64,000 bases of DNA from the NCBI GenBank assembly GCA_002633005.1, contig NMRA01000298.1, positions 109,887-173,886 on the forward strand, in the 5' to 3' direction. A model generated the notes under the pieces. It did not search any database and had not been told where the DNA came from. It saw only the letters and a list, made by a program, of their open reading frames with translations. Both the position numbers and the translations under genes were made by a program. Source of the stretch: Phoronis australis (lineage: Eukaryota > Animalia > Phoronida). Positions 23,721-35,300 of this stretch are shown here, in pieces (positions within the stretch are counted from its first letter, which is position 1; each line of letters opens with the position of its first letter).

Positions 23721-24781
23721 TCGTAAAAACTCTAATCAATTCGCCAACACAGAAGTTTTCAAAGACCGAAAAATATCATCCAAGCATGACTGCACATTAA
23801 AAGGATTATTGACATACAAAGTCATAAGTGTCCCTTTCAACAAATCCGAAACTTTGTTATCGTCTGATATTATTGGTGAATACCTTACATATACCTGCTC
23901 TGAAATCTCACTCAAATGTATCATAAAACAATAACAGCGTAATAGTCAGCTGATTGTAAAGGGTGACCATTATAATTTTCATCAACCTTAAGCACACTCG
24001 CAGCAAAAAATGAAACTTAGCTCACTTCCATATTGCTTTATTTCCGAAGCGTTGTGGTGTTACTTTCATGTATTTTGAAATTGGACTTAGTAAATATATC
24101 AGCTGAATGACTGCGGAATTTTGTAAAATGATTGTCAAAAATCAATGTAAAACAGTTCATACCACGAACGCAGGCTGTGTTCTTTCTGCGGAATGGTAAA
24201 ACTACCGTAGTTGATTATTATAACTATTCTTGTGCGCAAGACAAAAACAGCGATGAACTTTTACCACAACTTGACGGATCACTTTCTTGTGCTGATACAG
24301 TGTAGAACACCCGCAAATACAGAACAGATGTCCCTCCTATATATCGCGCCAGGCATTGGTATAAATCACGAGGGGTCCGTTAATTGAGAAAAAAATATTA
24401 CGGATGAGGGGTCTGCACCAAAGTTTGATTTCTGTCTCTGAAGGCAATTGGGAATATGGAGCACAGACCATTCCACTGTTGGTAGTGGAGGGAAAACCCA
24501 ATGGCATTAATGAAATGCTTCACCAGAGTATTTTTAACAACTGACTACGTCTATTCACGTGTGTGTGACACGAACCGCGTTAGTGATCTTGACTTTTGCT
24601 TGAGCTCGTCAGTTAGCGGCGCCTGTCGGCGGTTTGTATCATCCGACCTGAACCCGGTGGGTGCCTCATGCGAGGTTTCAGAGTCGGAGTGATCTTAGCC
24701 TTATCTTTGCTAGAGGTAACTAAATCAACAATTCTGAGCTAAATGCAGTGTAAACAACTTTCGTAATTCACGATTTCTCAC

Positions 24782-24949
24782 CTGGACAATTTCCCAATCG
24801 CCGGTCGTTGTCATAATCAGAGGTGGTTGAACACCACGGTTGATTATGGTTCATCTTAATACAGTCACTGTACTTCACGGCCTTGTAAACGAACGGAAAC
24901 GTGCACGGTGATCCGCCGGCATTACCACCGTAAGTTGGCAGGTTAGTTT
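24782..24949 (-). CDS. Copy A exon: fibronectin type II (FN2) domain
   Basis: cag acceptor, gtgag donor, phase 1->1, 168 nt. (E)TNLPTYGGNAGGSPCTFPFVYKAVKYSDCIKMNHNQPWCSTTSDYDNDRRLGNCP has the FN2 signature GGN..G.PC.FPF.Y....Y..C......WCSTT.(N/D)YD.D..(W)G.C with all four Cys. Confidence 0.92.
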
Positions 24950-26436
24950 CTGTGAATTGAATGTTTTAGAAACACAGTAAAGTAGGTACCGTGGGCGATT
25001 CAGTAATTATATATGAGCTGCCATACTTGTGAAATTTGTTGAGCCAGTGTTACATGTACGTTTGGTCCATCCGAGTACAGTTAAGTTGATGGCAAGTAAT
25101 AAAATGAATTTGTAATCAATAAGTTAATCAAAGTGGTCAAGTAGGTTGCCTCTGATGTGTCCTTAATCACGAGTGGCTATTGAACCGTCCTTCGCAGTCC
25201 ACGAACCGATTGTTTCATTCAGAGCTAGTACAGGTTTAAAATGATTACAACTTGATCTAATAAGAAGTGATTTCTAGTCTTGGAAACAACTATCCATTTG
25301 TTGTTTTTTGAGAACAATATCGGCACACAAAGTGACAAGCCACACCATTCGAAGTTAATAAGCTGCATGTAACCTTAATCAAGGACGACCTGGTTATTCT
25401 ATCAAATCTCTGACATCATCGGTTCCATTTGGAAGAACTTGAAAACTTGACACAAATTTCATAACGGAAAGTGGTTTACATGAAAACATGTTTTTGATGA
25501 AACTGAGATTTACAGAGGCTTAAAACGTTATATACCAACATCTACTTAATAGGCTCTACAAATTTTGTCACTCTCCAAAAGTGTTGGAAAAAATTTAAAA
25601 CACGTAACGATTTTTAAAAATCACTAATTGTAGCTGTATTTGGCCCTGTGTACAGTGGCAGACTAATAGCAAAAATTGAATTAAACCCTATATTTTCATG
25701 CAGTCTACATGTACCGTGCCCTAATAGAATTCGATTCCTCTTGCAAACAAGAATATCGAATGGGTTAGGCCACTTCCAGAATGACACATCTAGGCATTAT
25801 TAGTGCTTGGCATGACCACCCAATCAGCAATAATTTGAGATAAGGTGAGTCTCAAACGTTTTTATAAGAATTCATTGTTCACAGCAAAACAGTGCAATAC
25901 GCAACCTTAAATGCGCGTTGGGGTGACGAACCTCCCTTTGTCTTCAGTTGAGTTGCACAATATACGTAACAACAGTTTTAAAACGTCTCTCAATATCCAT
26001 AAATATTACTCATAGCCAAGGTTTACCTTAGGATCAGTGACCACACCAGAACAGCATGCAAGTGTGGTGATCGGATTACAATGCATTGTACGCCAGAAGG
26101 GGAGTTGCGTGGGAATATCAATTCTTTAAATTCGGCGAGGAATTTGATCAGACAAGAGGGTTCGTAGATTCTCAACTGGAAGTCAAAATGCCTCTGTGTT
26201 GTAGTCATTAGTAGTTATCACCCACTAAACATCCACTTCATACACTATAAAATTTACCAAATACCAAATATTAAACCAGACAGTTGTAAGCGTAACAGCT
26301 TGTTTACAAATGGCAGCAACTTCTTTGGTACCAGGGACAAAATACATGTAAGCATCCGTTTAGCTTCTGTTGACAGGGCCCAGAAAATTTAGCAAATCTA
26401 CTAAGACGTCAGATTTTCCCCATTTTGTATACTCAC

Positions 26437-26595
26437 CAAATGACCGCCTGAGGTCGTTTTCTTCGACAGTTATGGAGGCTCCCACATTGCTACCCCATCC
26501 TGTTTGGGAATCTGGAACACCATATCCAGAGCAAGCACCAACGTTGAATTTAATGACTATGTCCCCAGCCTGTTCCAAATCGCAAATCCCGTCGA
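26437..26595 (-). CDS. Copy A exon: CTHRC1-like domain 1, part c
   Basis: tag acceptor, gtgagt donor, phase 1->1, 159 nt. (V)DGICDLEQAGDIVIKFNVGACSGYGVPDSQTGWGSNVGASITVEENDLRRSF matches CTHRC1 EGLC..IGAG....WVGTCSDY..GDASTGW...IIEE. Confidence 0.9.
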
Positions 26596-27134
26596 CTACA
26601 ATGGACAGTTAGAACGTCTATGACCACTAACGTCTTGACACGGTTTGAAATGTTGCACTTACACCCTGATTGAATGACACTTATTTACTACAACTACATG
26701 TAACACTCTACTGACACCAGGAATAAAAGTTTACTACAGAGTTCTCTCAAGTACGTTGATAAGTCGTGATTTTACAAATTTGCGTCGTCTTGAGGCAATT
26801 CAAAAGCTCACAGTTTTGTGGAAATTCCGTTGAAAGAGGTGCTGCCTTCTATATAGTATGTTGCTTTGTCAGGAATTGGGTTTGTTTTGTTACTTGGTAA
26901 AATGAAACTTCTCCAAGTATGTAAATTATTCATATCTTTTTGTTTTGTTTTTTTTGTTCTCATTCTGCTGAACATGATTCTTATTGGGTCAACGTGAAAT
27001 TTGCACACAAGAATTGTCTTGTAAATGGCTTGAACTTATTTTTTGGATGAAGTCGGATACAAGATGACACTAAGTTTTGGTTCTCGGTGACACAAGTGTT
27101 AGGAATTTTCTGATATTTTTCTTTGAGTACATCA

Positions 27135-27815
27135 ATTTGCCAAGCCATCGTTATATTAGGGTATGCTACAATGTGCACTGATCAAATTAGGTCTTGCTGG
27201 GCACTAAATGTTAAACGAGTGTTATTTGCTTATGGTTTTGGAGTTGTTTGGGCCCAAAAAGGTGTGGGCGATGCTGCCTCATTTATAAGTGAATTTAAAC
27301 AACGATACTTTGATACTGACATCCAGGATTAGAGAAACAATATTTTTTCTCAATCTTTAGATGTGTACAAAACAATTAAATGTAACTTTGTTGTAGAAAA
27401 ATACGTAACATGTTTAGAAAATAGACTTCATAGAATAGCCCTTGCAAGGTTTAGATGCTCTGCACATTCATTAATGATTATTCAGGGAAGGTTCAGTGGA
27501 TTTGACAGAGCAGACAGAACATGTCCCTGCTGTGACAGTGGGAAAGTGGAAACAGAAATCCACTTTCTTCTCGAATGCAATTAATATTCGGATTTACGAG
27601 TGCGGTTTTACCAAGGTACGATAAGGTGGACGATATAGTATTCAGAATTTTTTTACATACTCGTGATTTAAATGTTGCTAGATATTTAATTAATACGTAG
27701 AAACGTCGAAATGAGTTCCTTGATATGAATTAATTTAGACTTGAAAAATTATTGACGGTACTCTCTTTGTGTTATATATTGTAATGTACGCCGGAGGCCT
27801 GTTACATGAAATAAA
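27135..27815 (+). mobile_element. 5'-truncated non-LTR retrotransposon (LINE) 3' end: ORF2 C-terminus with zinc-knuckle-like motif
   Basis: WALNVKRVLFAYGFGVVWAQ...FKQR...YKTIK...EKY...RIALARFRCSAHSLMIIQGRF...RTCPCC...VETEIHFLLEC, interrupted by stops and followed by a short tail ending in aataaa. Confidence 0.85.
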
Positions 27816-28949
27816 CCTGTGACTATTCCAGGAGCTGTTTTTCTCTAGATCTTACCGTTTTCGGGTTATTCGGGATTTTCCGAGTACTGATCTCCAGTTA
27901 ACTTAATTTTTGTGCCGTACATGTACTGTACATTGTATGTTCGGCATCCCTTGACGGATCTGTATGAAATTCGATATGTGGATAAATGTTTTCACCCGCT
28001 ATCAATGTTGTGAATCCTGTCTGTTGAAACGACTTATCGTTGTCACGATATTCTAGATATCCATGTACGTCTCCGATGACTGCTGCTTTGCTCACTGCTT
28101 TTTCGTAGCTGCACATTGTTAACATTTAGGATAGAGATTGCATCTTCCTGCTGATCGACAAGAACTTCACCGGAAGCCCTTAGTTATTCAGTAGTCTGAG
28201 CAAGTTTGTTCTTTGACGAAATCAGATCTAAGACGGCACTGTGACGGACATTTTTTCGATTTCGGTCTATCTCCGCAAACCTTTGACCGAACCTTTTCAA
28301 ATTAAAAATGCTAGCATACATGAATCTCATCAAAGGCTATCTAAAACTTAGGTTACGCCATCCAGCTCACCATTAGTTTTTTTGATATACTAGGTGTCAC
28401 TTCAGAGCGTTTTATTTGTTTGTGGATACCTATCATGTTGCATTTCAGAGTCTATTTGTCTGCCACATGCTTTTTATTGATCAATAGTATGTTTTAAAAT
28501 TAGCCATGAACTTTAAAATCAGCGCATAAGTAAATAGCAACATATTGATCGACGTTTCGGCTTATTGTCTTAAACCATTCACAAGACAATAGACATTACT
28601 GTTTATCACTGCTTTTGCTCAGATTTATGTACGTTTCAATAACTAATCTGCGACCACGGGGCCTTAAAGTTTTGTGTGAGCAACTGTTGTCGAGCGAGTA
28701 GTGGCTTTTCTCCAATATAATTATACCCTTTCATAACCTCTATTTTAGAGATACTTCGCAATACCAAGAGCCATATTGCCTGACAACAGAAAAACATTCC
28801 TTCGTCAATTGCAGCTTGCATGCTTACATGTTTGTCCTGTGCCCACAAGCCCAAATTTGTCCTTTTGGACATACGCAAAAACAATGTTAATGACACAACG
28901 TGCAAGAAAATGGCATTCCATGCTCGCCCATGCTTAAAATAGCGCTCAC

Positions 28950-29148
28950 CTTGGGCGGGGCGATAATCATCCCTTGCCTTGCCTTTATACCATGCTATCT
29001 CTATTTTTCCTGGAGAGGGACACTCTTCGTCATTAAAGGTAAAGAACCACCGCGCGCAACATCCGCCACAGTTGTAACTTGAGCGAACGACACCGCGAAA
29101 CCTCACCCTCAACGAAGTGTAAGAGTACTGCTTCTTGAAAATATTTGT
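28950..29148 (-). CDS. Copy A exon: CTHRC1-like domain 1, part b
   Basis: tttcag acceptor, gtgag donor, phase 0->1, 199 nt. TNIFKKQYSYTSLRVRFRGVVRSSYNCGGCCARWFFTFNDEECPSPGKIEIAWYKGKARDDYRPAQ carries the CTHRC1 motifs LRVxFxG and C..CCxRWxFTFNxxEC. Confidence 0.93.
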
Positions 29149-29368
29149 CTGAAACAATGCCGCAATTTTCATAATGCAGGGAATTTTACATGTAAGTACA
29201 AAACATTTTCTACCTCGAGAACAAAGAGTTCTTTGTGGGACGTAAGCACTCACTCAAAATTTAGTCTTTCCGAGTCAAATGTAAACGGAACATAGAAATT
29301 CGTTCCGGTACCCAAGTTTTACCCTCACTTAGGAATTACTAGACATTCCTTTCAGACCTCAAACTTAC

Positions 29369-29463
29369 CATTAAATTTCCGTTGTTTGTTCCAGTGGTGT
29401 AGTCGGAGTAATAGTAGTGTCGGATGTTAGCAACCGGAATTTTATCACATTCTTTAAAGGGAG
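29369..29463 (-). CDS. Copy A exon: linker + CTHRC1-like domain 1, part a
   Basis: cag acceptor, gtaagt donor, phase 1->0, 95 nt; PFKECDKIPVANIRHYYYSDYTTGTNNGNLM. Same phases and position as the domain 3 part a exon, and in frame with the next exon. Confidence 0.78.
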
Positions 29464-32400
29464 CTGTGTTTGGGAAGAGAGCTTTTAGTGAATGACATTG
29501 GTTGACACATCACGTGTTCGTTTGACAACGGTATGCGTACGAACTGACGGATCTAGGATACTGCAAACACAAGGAGAGCCGAACTTCACATCACCATTAA
29601 AATTGGTGTCCTAATCCTTCGTTTGTTTAAGCAGTAGAGAAGTACCTCAAGAACCATCTAGACGACCTATCAATTTCTAAGTTAGTAGCCAGAATTTATT
29701 TAATCTACCACGGGTGGTATTAGTTTTAACTTTCATTCCATGAGAACACCAGAAGTTCGACTTCAGGGTCACGGACTCAAATCTTGAAAAAATACTTGTA
29801 TATACATCCTGGTGGGATATGTTTAAAATGCTTATTTGAAAATATTTGGGAAATTGTTTTTTTTTTAAGTTAGGGCTTTATGAATATTTTGGCTCAAAAT
29901 GGTTCATTTTTGATTCAAAAAGTTTCAGTTAATAAAGTTGTTTTAAAACGGTTTGAAAGAACAGGAAAAAATATTTTAACGATTACGTAGACATTGAACC
30001 TCTCTAACAGAAGACAGTTTTTGAATTTTCAAATGGGTTTTCTGTTCATTCTGCCCAGTTGTGTGTCAGATTTTTAGGTGCTTTGGACGCCAGTTTGCGC
30101 GGTGGTAGTGATTTCTAATGGTGTGTATGCTGTCTGAATGAAAAAACTGAAAACATAAAACTGTGATCTCTTGGTTTGTTTTCAAGCAACAGCCGAAAGA
30201 AAAGACATACCGTTGCGTAATTTACGGTGCCTGACAACGAGCAGTATGTACATGTAGCTGCATCTCATGAACCTCATAAAGGGGATTCATTCATTTATCA
30301 ACTTACATGTATGTTACTATGGTCATAAGATCAGTCGACGTTAACTTGTTAATAATTTGCCTACCCCTGAACCCCTGGTGGCCGTTTTTATTCCTAGGTT
30401 TTTGGTGAAACTTCATGAAAATTGGCCAAAATGTTTCCATTGAGGAAACGATGACACACGCATGTTTGAGAATGACGTTTTAACAGCAATCTAATTTTGT
30501 TACGATATCTACCATTGTACCTGAGGATGACTTTTGATTAATATCTAAACCTAGTTTACATGTTGCACTCTAGCGTCATTTTTGTATTTTTTTCACGTCT
30601 TTCTTCTAATTTAGCCAAAAACTAATATTTGCATGCATGACTTCAAACGAGTCTAACCTGTGCTTCCACACCAATGGCAAGTTTTAGCATATTGGAAACC
30701 GTTCAAGTGTCTAACCTGTGTCCCACCCCTGGTAAATGGTGCCCTGGTAACGTCCACCTCACTACCTCATTTTTACAGGATGCTAACCGTTCAACCGTTT
30801 CCACCAAAATCTGATTTCGTCACTTGTTGTCACACTCCCATGAGAGATAAAAATGATATTCATGTATCTTAAAAGTATTCAGTGTACGGCTTTCAAAATT
30901 TTCATTGTAGCTAAGCCTTATACCTAGCAAAGTGATCTTAATACAAATTAATACGCAGAGTTAAATGATCCTAACAGGCCTCTGCCACAGAATGTAACTT
31001 GAAATGTGCTTTGGAAGTTTTCAGCAATACAGGATGAACCAAGCTCATATTAGGTATGAAAATTGACATACATATTACCATGGCGACTGAGTACCATAAA
31101 AGTTTTCGTCCTTAAACTGGACATAATGACAAGCATGATAATAAATAATATGAAGCTAGGACTCAGAAGGATTCCAGTAAGCTCCACACTTCATAAACCA
31201 AGTGTAAGCCATTTATTTAAATCAATCAAGAGTTTTCACATTTCGTTGCTTTGTTATATCTTGATGTATGAAGTAACTTGTTAGAAAATATGATTCAAGA
31301 GCGCATTTTGTGCATAGATTTCTGTTAAGTATGTGTCCAGTTCTGATACATAATCATACCTTAAACAGAATTTGACTTTTAAATATAAAAACGATTACAG
31401 AACATTTGCAACTGAATTTAGCAGAATACAATGTCAATCGAACGGAAAATTCACATCCAAATAAATAGAAGATACATAATTATACATGTAGTTATGGCAC
31501 AAGCACAGGACAACTTCCCAAAACTGCTTTTTGTAGCAGTGTGTCTGCAAATGTATTATAGTTAAATCTTCACTGGTTGCAATGTAGCGGGTTGAACAAG
31601 CCTTTCGACTGTCTCATACAGTTTCGAACTCTTGATTCAAAAGAATTGTTTATCAATAAAATCTAAATTGCCTTGATATATTGTACAAACCGGAATACTT
31701 CATTTAAAATCAAATGAATTATTCATGTTAGTTTGAAAATATATCTAATTTCGTCATCCGTTTTGGTATTGGCCCAAATATGTTATCACTTGTGCCTGTG
31801 TAATCTCTGCGCTACAGTCGGTAATGGACGCTGAGAGGGTGAAGTGGTATTATGAATATGTCAGACAGCATCATGGTCTAAAAATGTTGATTCCCATTAG
31901 TTATCTTTCTTTAAACCATTTAATTGTAACGGAGTTAAAAAAACACTCGTTTAAATATGTTGAATACGCAACACTGGCTAGATTTTAGAACAAAAAATGA
32001 ATAAAAACCATTCCAGAGATTTTTTAAATTTGTTCCCATAACCATGATCTATTCAAAAACATAAATTTCACTGCCACAGCCCCGCAAACTGGCTTGAAGA
32101 AGCACTTGAGGAACACCCACTTTCAACACTATGAGAAAGTGCTTACGTGATAGATACAGCAAAATAATTAATACCAATTTTGTTTGGTAGTCCTCGTGCC
32201 CTACTTCCGAATCTCATTATGTGTTTTCTCACCTTGCATGGAATCTACCTGTTTTTTATGTTGGAAAACTGCTGTTTTCGGCATGCAAAAACGTCATTTT
32301 CATCATAAACATTAAACGATCAGTAGGTAAAAAACTAAGAAATCAATGAGTGCAAAATAGGCGGTTTTTGTTTCAGAGCCACACCATGACCACAGACACA

Positions 32401-33180
32401 AATTTAATCTGAATATGGAAAACGGCCCCTGGAGTGATTTTTTTATTTCCTTTGATTTTCTAATAGAAGTTTTCTTAAGAGTGACTCCGTATAAAACCAA
32501 TAGGCGAAGTCTATACGATGTAATCAAAATCACAGATTTTTTTGAGACCTAGCACATTAGTTTGCTTTGTTTTTTAAGTGTTTTAATCTTTTATTTTTCA
32601 TTTTATGACATGAACCTCCATTTTGCAACAAAATCGGATGTCTAAGTAGACATGATTTCTTTTGATTTTCTCGTGAAATGTTTCTAAAGCTTGCGGCACG
32701 TAGAACCACCATAGTGTCGGGCGACTTCGTAAGATCGTGCACGAATAATGCAAAATTTCGCCGGTGTCTCGCTATATAAGTGACCATACTACCATACTCA
32801 CTCAAGTCAGCAGATTGGCTGGTTCTAAAACTACGGAAACACTACGCAAAAAGTAATATTTTCCCTGCAAGAAAACAATCAGCTAAGCTCTGGGATTTCT
32901 TGCACACTTGAAAGTGGGCACTAATAAAGATCGTGTACCTGTTACGAAAACCTACGTGGTTAAGATCCACAATTTCCATGATACCTTGAGGTTGGTCAGG
33001 GCTCAAAGTTTGTTGGAAATTAAAAGCACTTTTCAAACCAACCTTCACTCTGGGACACCTTGCATAGAATACCGTACCGACGAAGGTAGCGTCGGAAAAA
33101 GTTCCGTGCGTTTCCTATGAATTCTATCTTACCCACGCAGACTCCCACGTTGTTAGTACAGTCTTTCATACAAGCCTGCC

Positions 33181-33332
33181 TCCCGTTCAGTTGCGCTAGG
33201 ACCTAGCTTAAAAGCAAGACTTTGCGAGATTACGCGAGATGTTGCCGTGTATTTTAAATAAGAGCACGTAACCTTGACTAGCTTTTGGCTAGGTCCTAGC
33301 GTAGGTCCTAGCGTCTACTGAACGCACGCCTG
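33181..33332. mobile_element. Small MITE-like inverted repeat
   Basis: cgttcagttgcgctaggacctagc pairs with gctaggtcctagcg(taggtcctagcg)tctactgaacg. Confidence 0.55.
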
Positions 33333-34626
33333 GTCTCCGCTCGCGCAGTTGGCGTTTGCGCACTCGCTGCTTGTGTCCCCGTTGTTGTTGGTGTTGCCCT
33401 GAAAACAAGAAAGGCTTATGTCTACAATTTACGTCACTATAGAAAAGGTTTCGGAAGATTTTTTAATGCAAATTATCTCACCTGCTTCATTTATTTCCCC
33501 TTTTCTGCGATTTTCTCACTCAGCTGGACTTATGGTTTTAAGGGTGTTGCCCCTACGGACACAACCATAAATTAAAAACCTGCTGGGTTCAGCTGTTTAG
33601 GGACTTTTTGCGACGACAATTGTGATTGATCCTCTCACAGCGTCCTAGATCCAACGTCCTACAAAAGCATTCAAGATTTCAGCAAAGCCTACTTGTGCGT
33701 AAAATTGTCCAACGGAGTCTGTAGAAAGCTCCTTCACAAGCAAGAGCGGAGGTAGCTTGAGCTGGCCTAGTGTTTTTGTCTCCGCAGGTTTACTCGCACG
33801 ATAGTGGTGCAACAAAAAGCGACACAGATCAGAGTTCACATAAGGGGCCGTGGCCGGCAAGAACGCAGAATTATTTTGCTTCCTTAATGGTGAACAGAAT
33901 TTCACGCGGCTGGTCAGTCTATCCATGTAAATTTATATCAATTATTTTGCAACGAATTGGTGGGGATTTAAACCGGATGTTTGATGTTAACAGCATAAGT
34001 ACTGTACGTTAAAACTCCCAAATTCTAGAGAAAGCATCTGGGTTGACGGCCAATCTGCACGGGACTTCCTCAAGGTACTGTGCTTGTACTGTGTGCATGT
34101 AGTCTGGAACAAGTACCTGAGTACCATCGATAATGAAATCTTTCGCTGTTGTACATTCTTCATGGGCTACATGATCCCTGACCTTGGATTTAGTAAGTTT
34201 TATTTTGACGTGAATTGACGTTTTTTTCTTAATTAGTGTAGATGACGGTACATGTATACATATGAGGACCATCTCTTTCATCGTACCTCTGTTACGACTT
34301 CATTTGCACCTAAATACAATACTCAAAAAGAGGTTGCGTCATTTTCAGCGAAAATTAATGCATGGCAAATGTCGCCAACGTACTGGGTTGAACCAATAAA
34401 CAAAATGAAAAGATAACTGTATTGAATTGGTTTGGCCAATGAGCAAGATATTTAGCTCATTGGTCTCGCGAACAGTTAGTAATTGTATGTCGCTAGATTA
34501 TCTCCAGTGCTTTGTTAACAGTTGCCCTCTCTTATGTCAGTAATTTAGTATATTTATGCAAACACGACAACAACGTATATTGAGTCACACGTGCACTAGC
34601 TTTCTGGCATTTACTGTGTTTAATTC

Positions 34627-35021
34627 CTGATATACAACAAATTTGACGATATGTATCATGCTTCTAATATTCCCGCCCTCGGGTCCACTTTGTGCTCGTG
34701 ACTGCATCTGGTGGTAGCGTTCCTGGGAGAAGTAACACATTTGCATACATTTGTATCGTATTCGCAATAAGCTGCCATGCAAGCTGAATATCCCCTGCAG
34801 CCCACCGTACATTCTAACTGGCTTCTAACGCCACTCTGTTTCCCACAGAGTGATGGTGAAAGCAAATCGGATATATTAGACATAGTAGCAGTATATCCTA
34901 TCCTTAACGCTGAGCACTGATATGTCTATTATTCCGGAAAATAATGTTTCGGACAAGGAATCGTAAACAAACCAGATGACAAAAGCTTTGAAACAGGTAA
35001 TAAGATGTACTGTGCCTTCAT
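34627..35021 (-). pseudogene. Pseudogenised duplicate of the signal peptide + PAN/Apple-like exon
   Basis: Collinear with 39646-40014 but spread over several frames: ..FVIWFVYDSLSETLFSGIIDI / CSALRIGYTATMSNISDLLSPSLCGKQSGVRSQLECTVGCRGYSACMAAYCEYDT / CYFSQERYHQMQSRAQSGPEGGNIRSMIHIVKFVVYQ. About three frameshifts, and the donor GT is replaced by GA. Confidence 0.82.
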
Positions 35022-35134
35022 GTTACTGAAATTAAAGGCCTGCGTTTGCTGCAATGTTCCTATAGAATGCCAAACTGACGTATTGGTCAATTTGTTTGGC
35101 TTAATATACTTCGCACAAGACTGTTACCGGTGCT

Positions 35135-35300
35135 CTATTATTATTAAAATTGTTTCTGTTATTGTTAATTGCATTATCATCATTTTAAATGTTACTATTG
35201 CACTGTTTTATTACTACATTTGTTGTTGTCATCTCTATTAAAATTTATGTTACTATTATTACTATTATTGTATTTGTTACTGTTATTGTCATTATTATTC
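35135..35300. repeat. Degenerate (TTA/TAT)n low-complexity tract
   Basis: Runs of tattattatt / tactattatt / tgttattgtc are read directly. Confidence 0.8.

Noticed and set aside
24465-24540. Candidate missing D2a exon (..VKHF../..GFPSTTNSGM)
   Set aside because: Only faint similarity, it needs a frameshift, and the splice sites are weak.
34117-34182. Candidate linker exon VRDHVAHEECTTAKDFIIDGTQ
   Set aside because: Weak acceptor, phase 0->0 does not bridge to D1a, and no recognisable domain.
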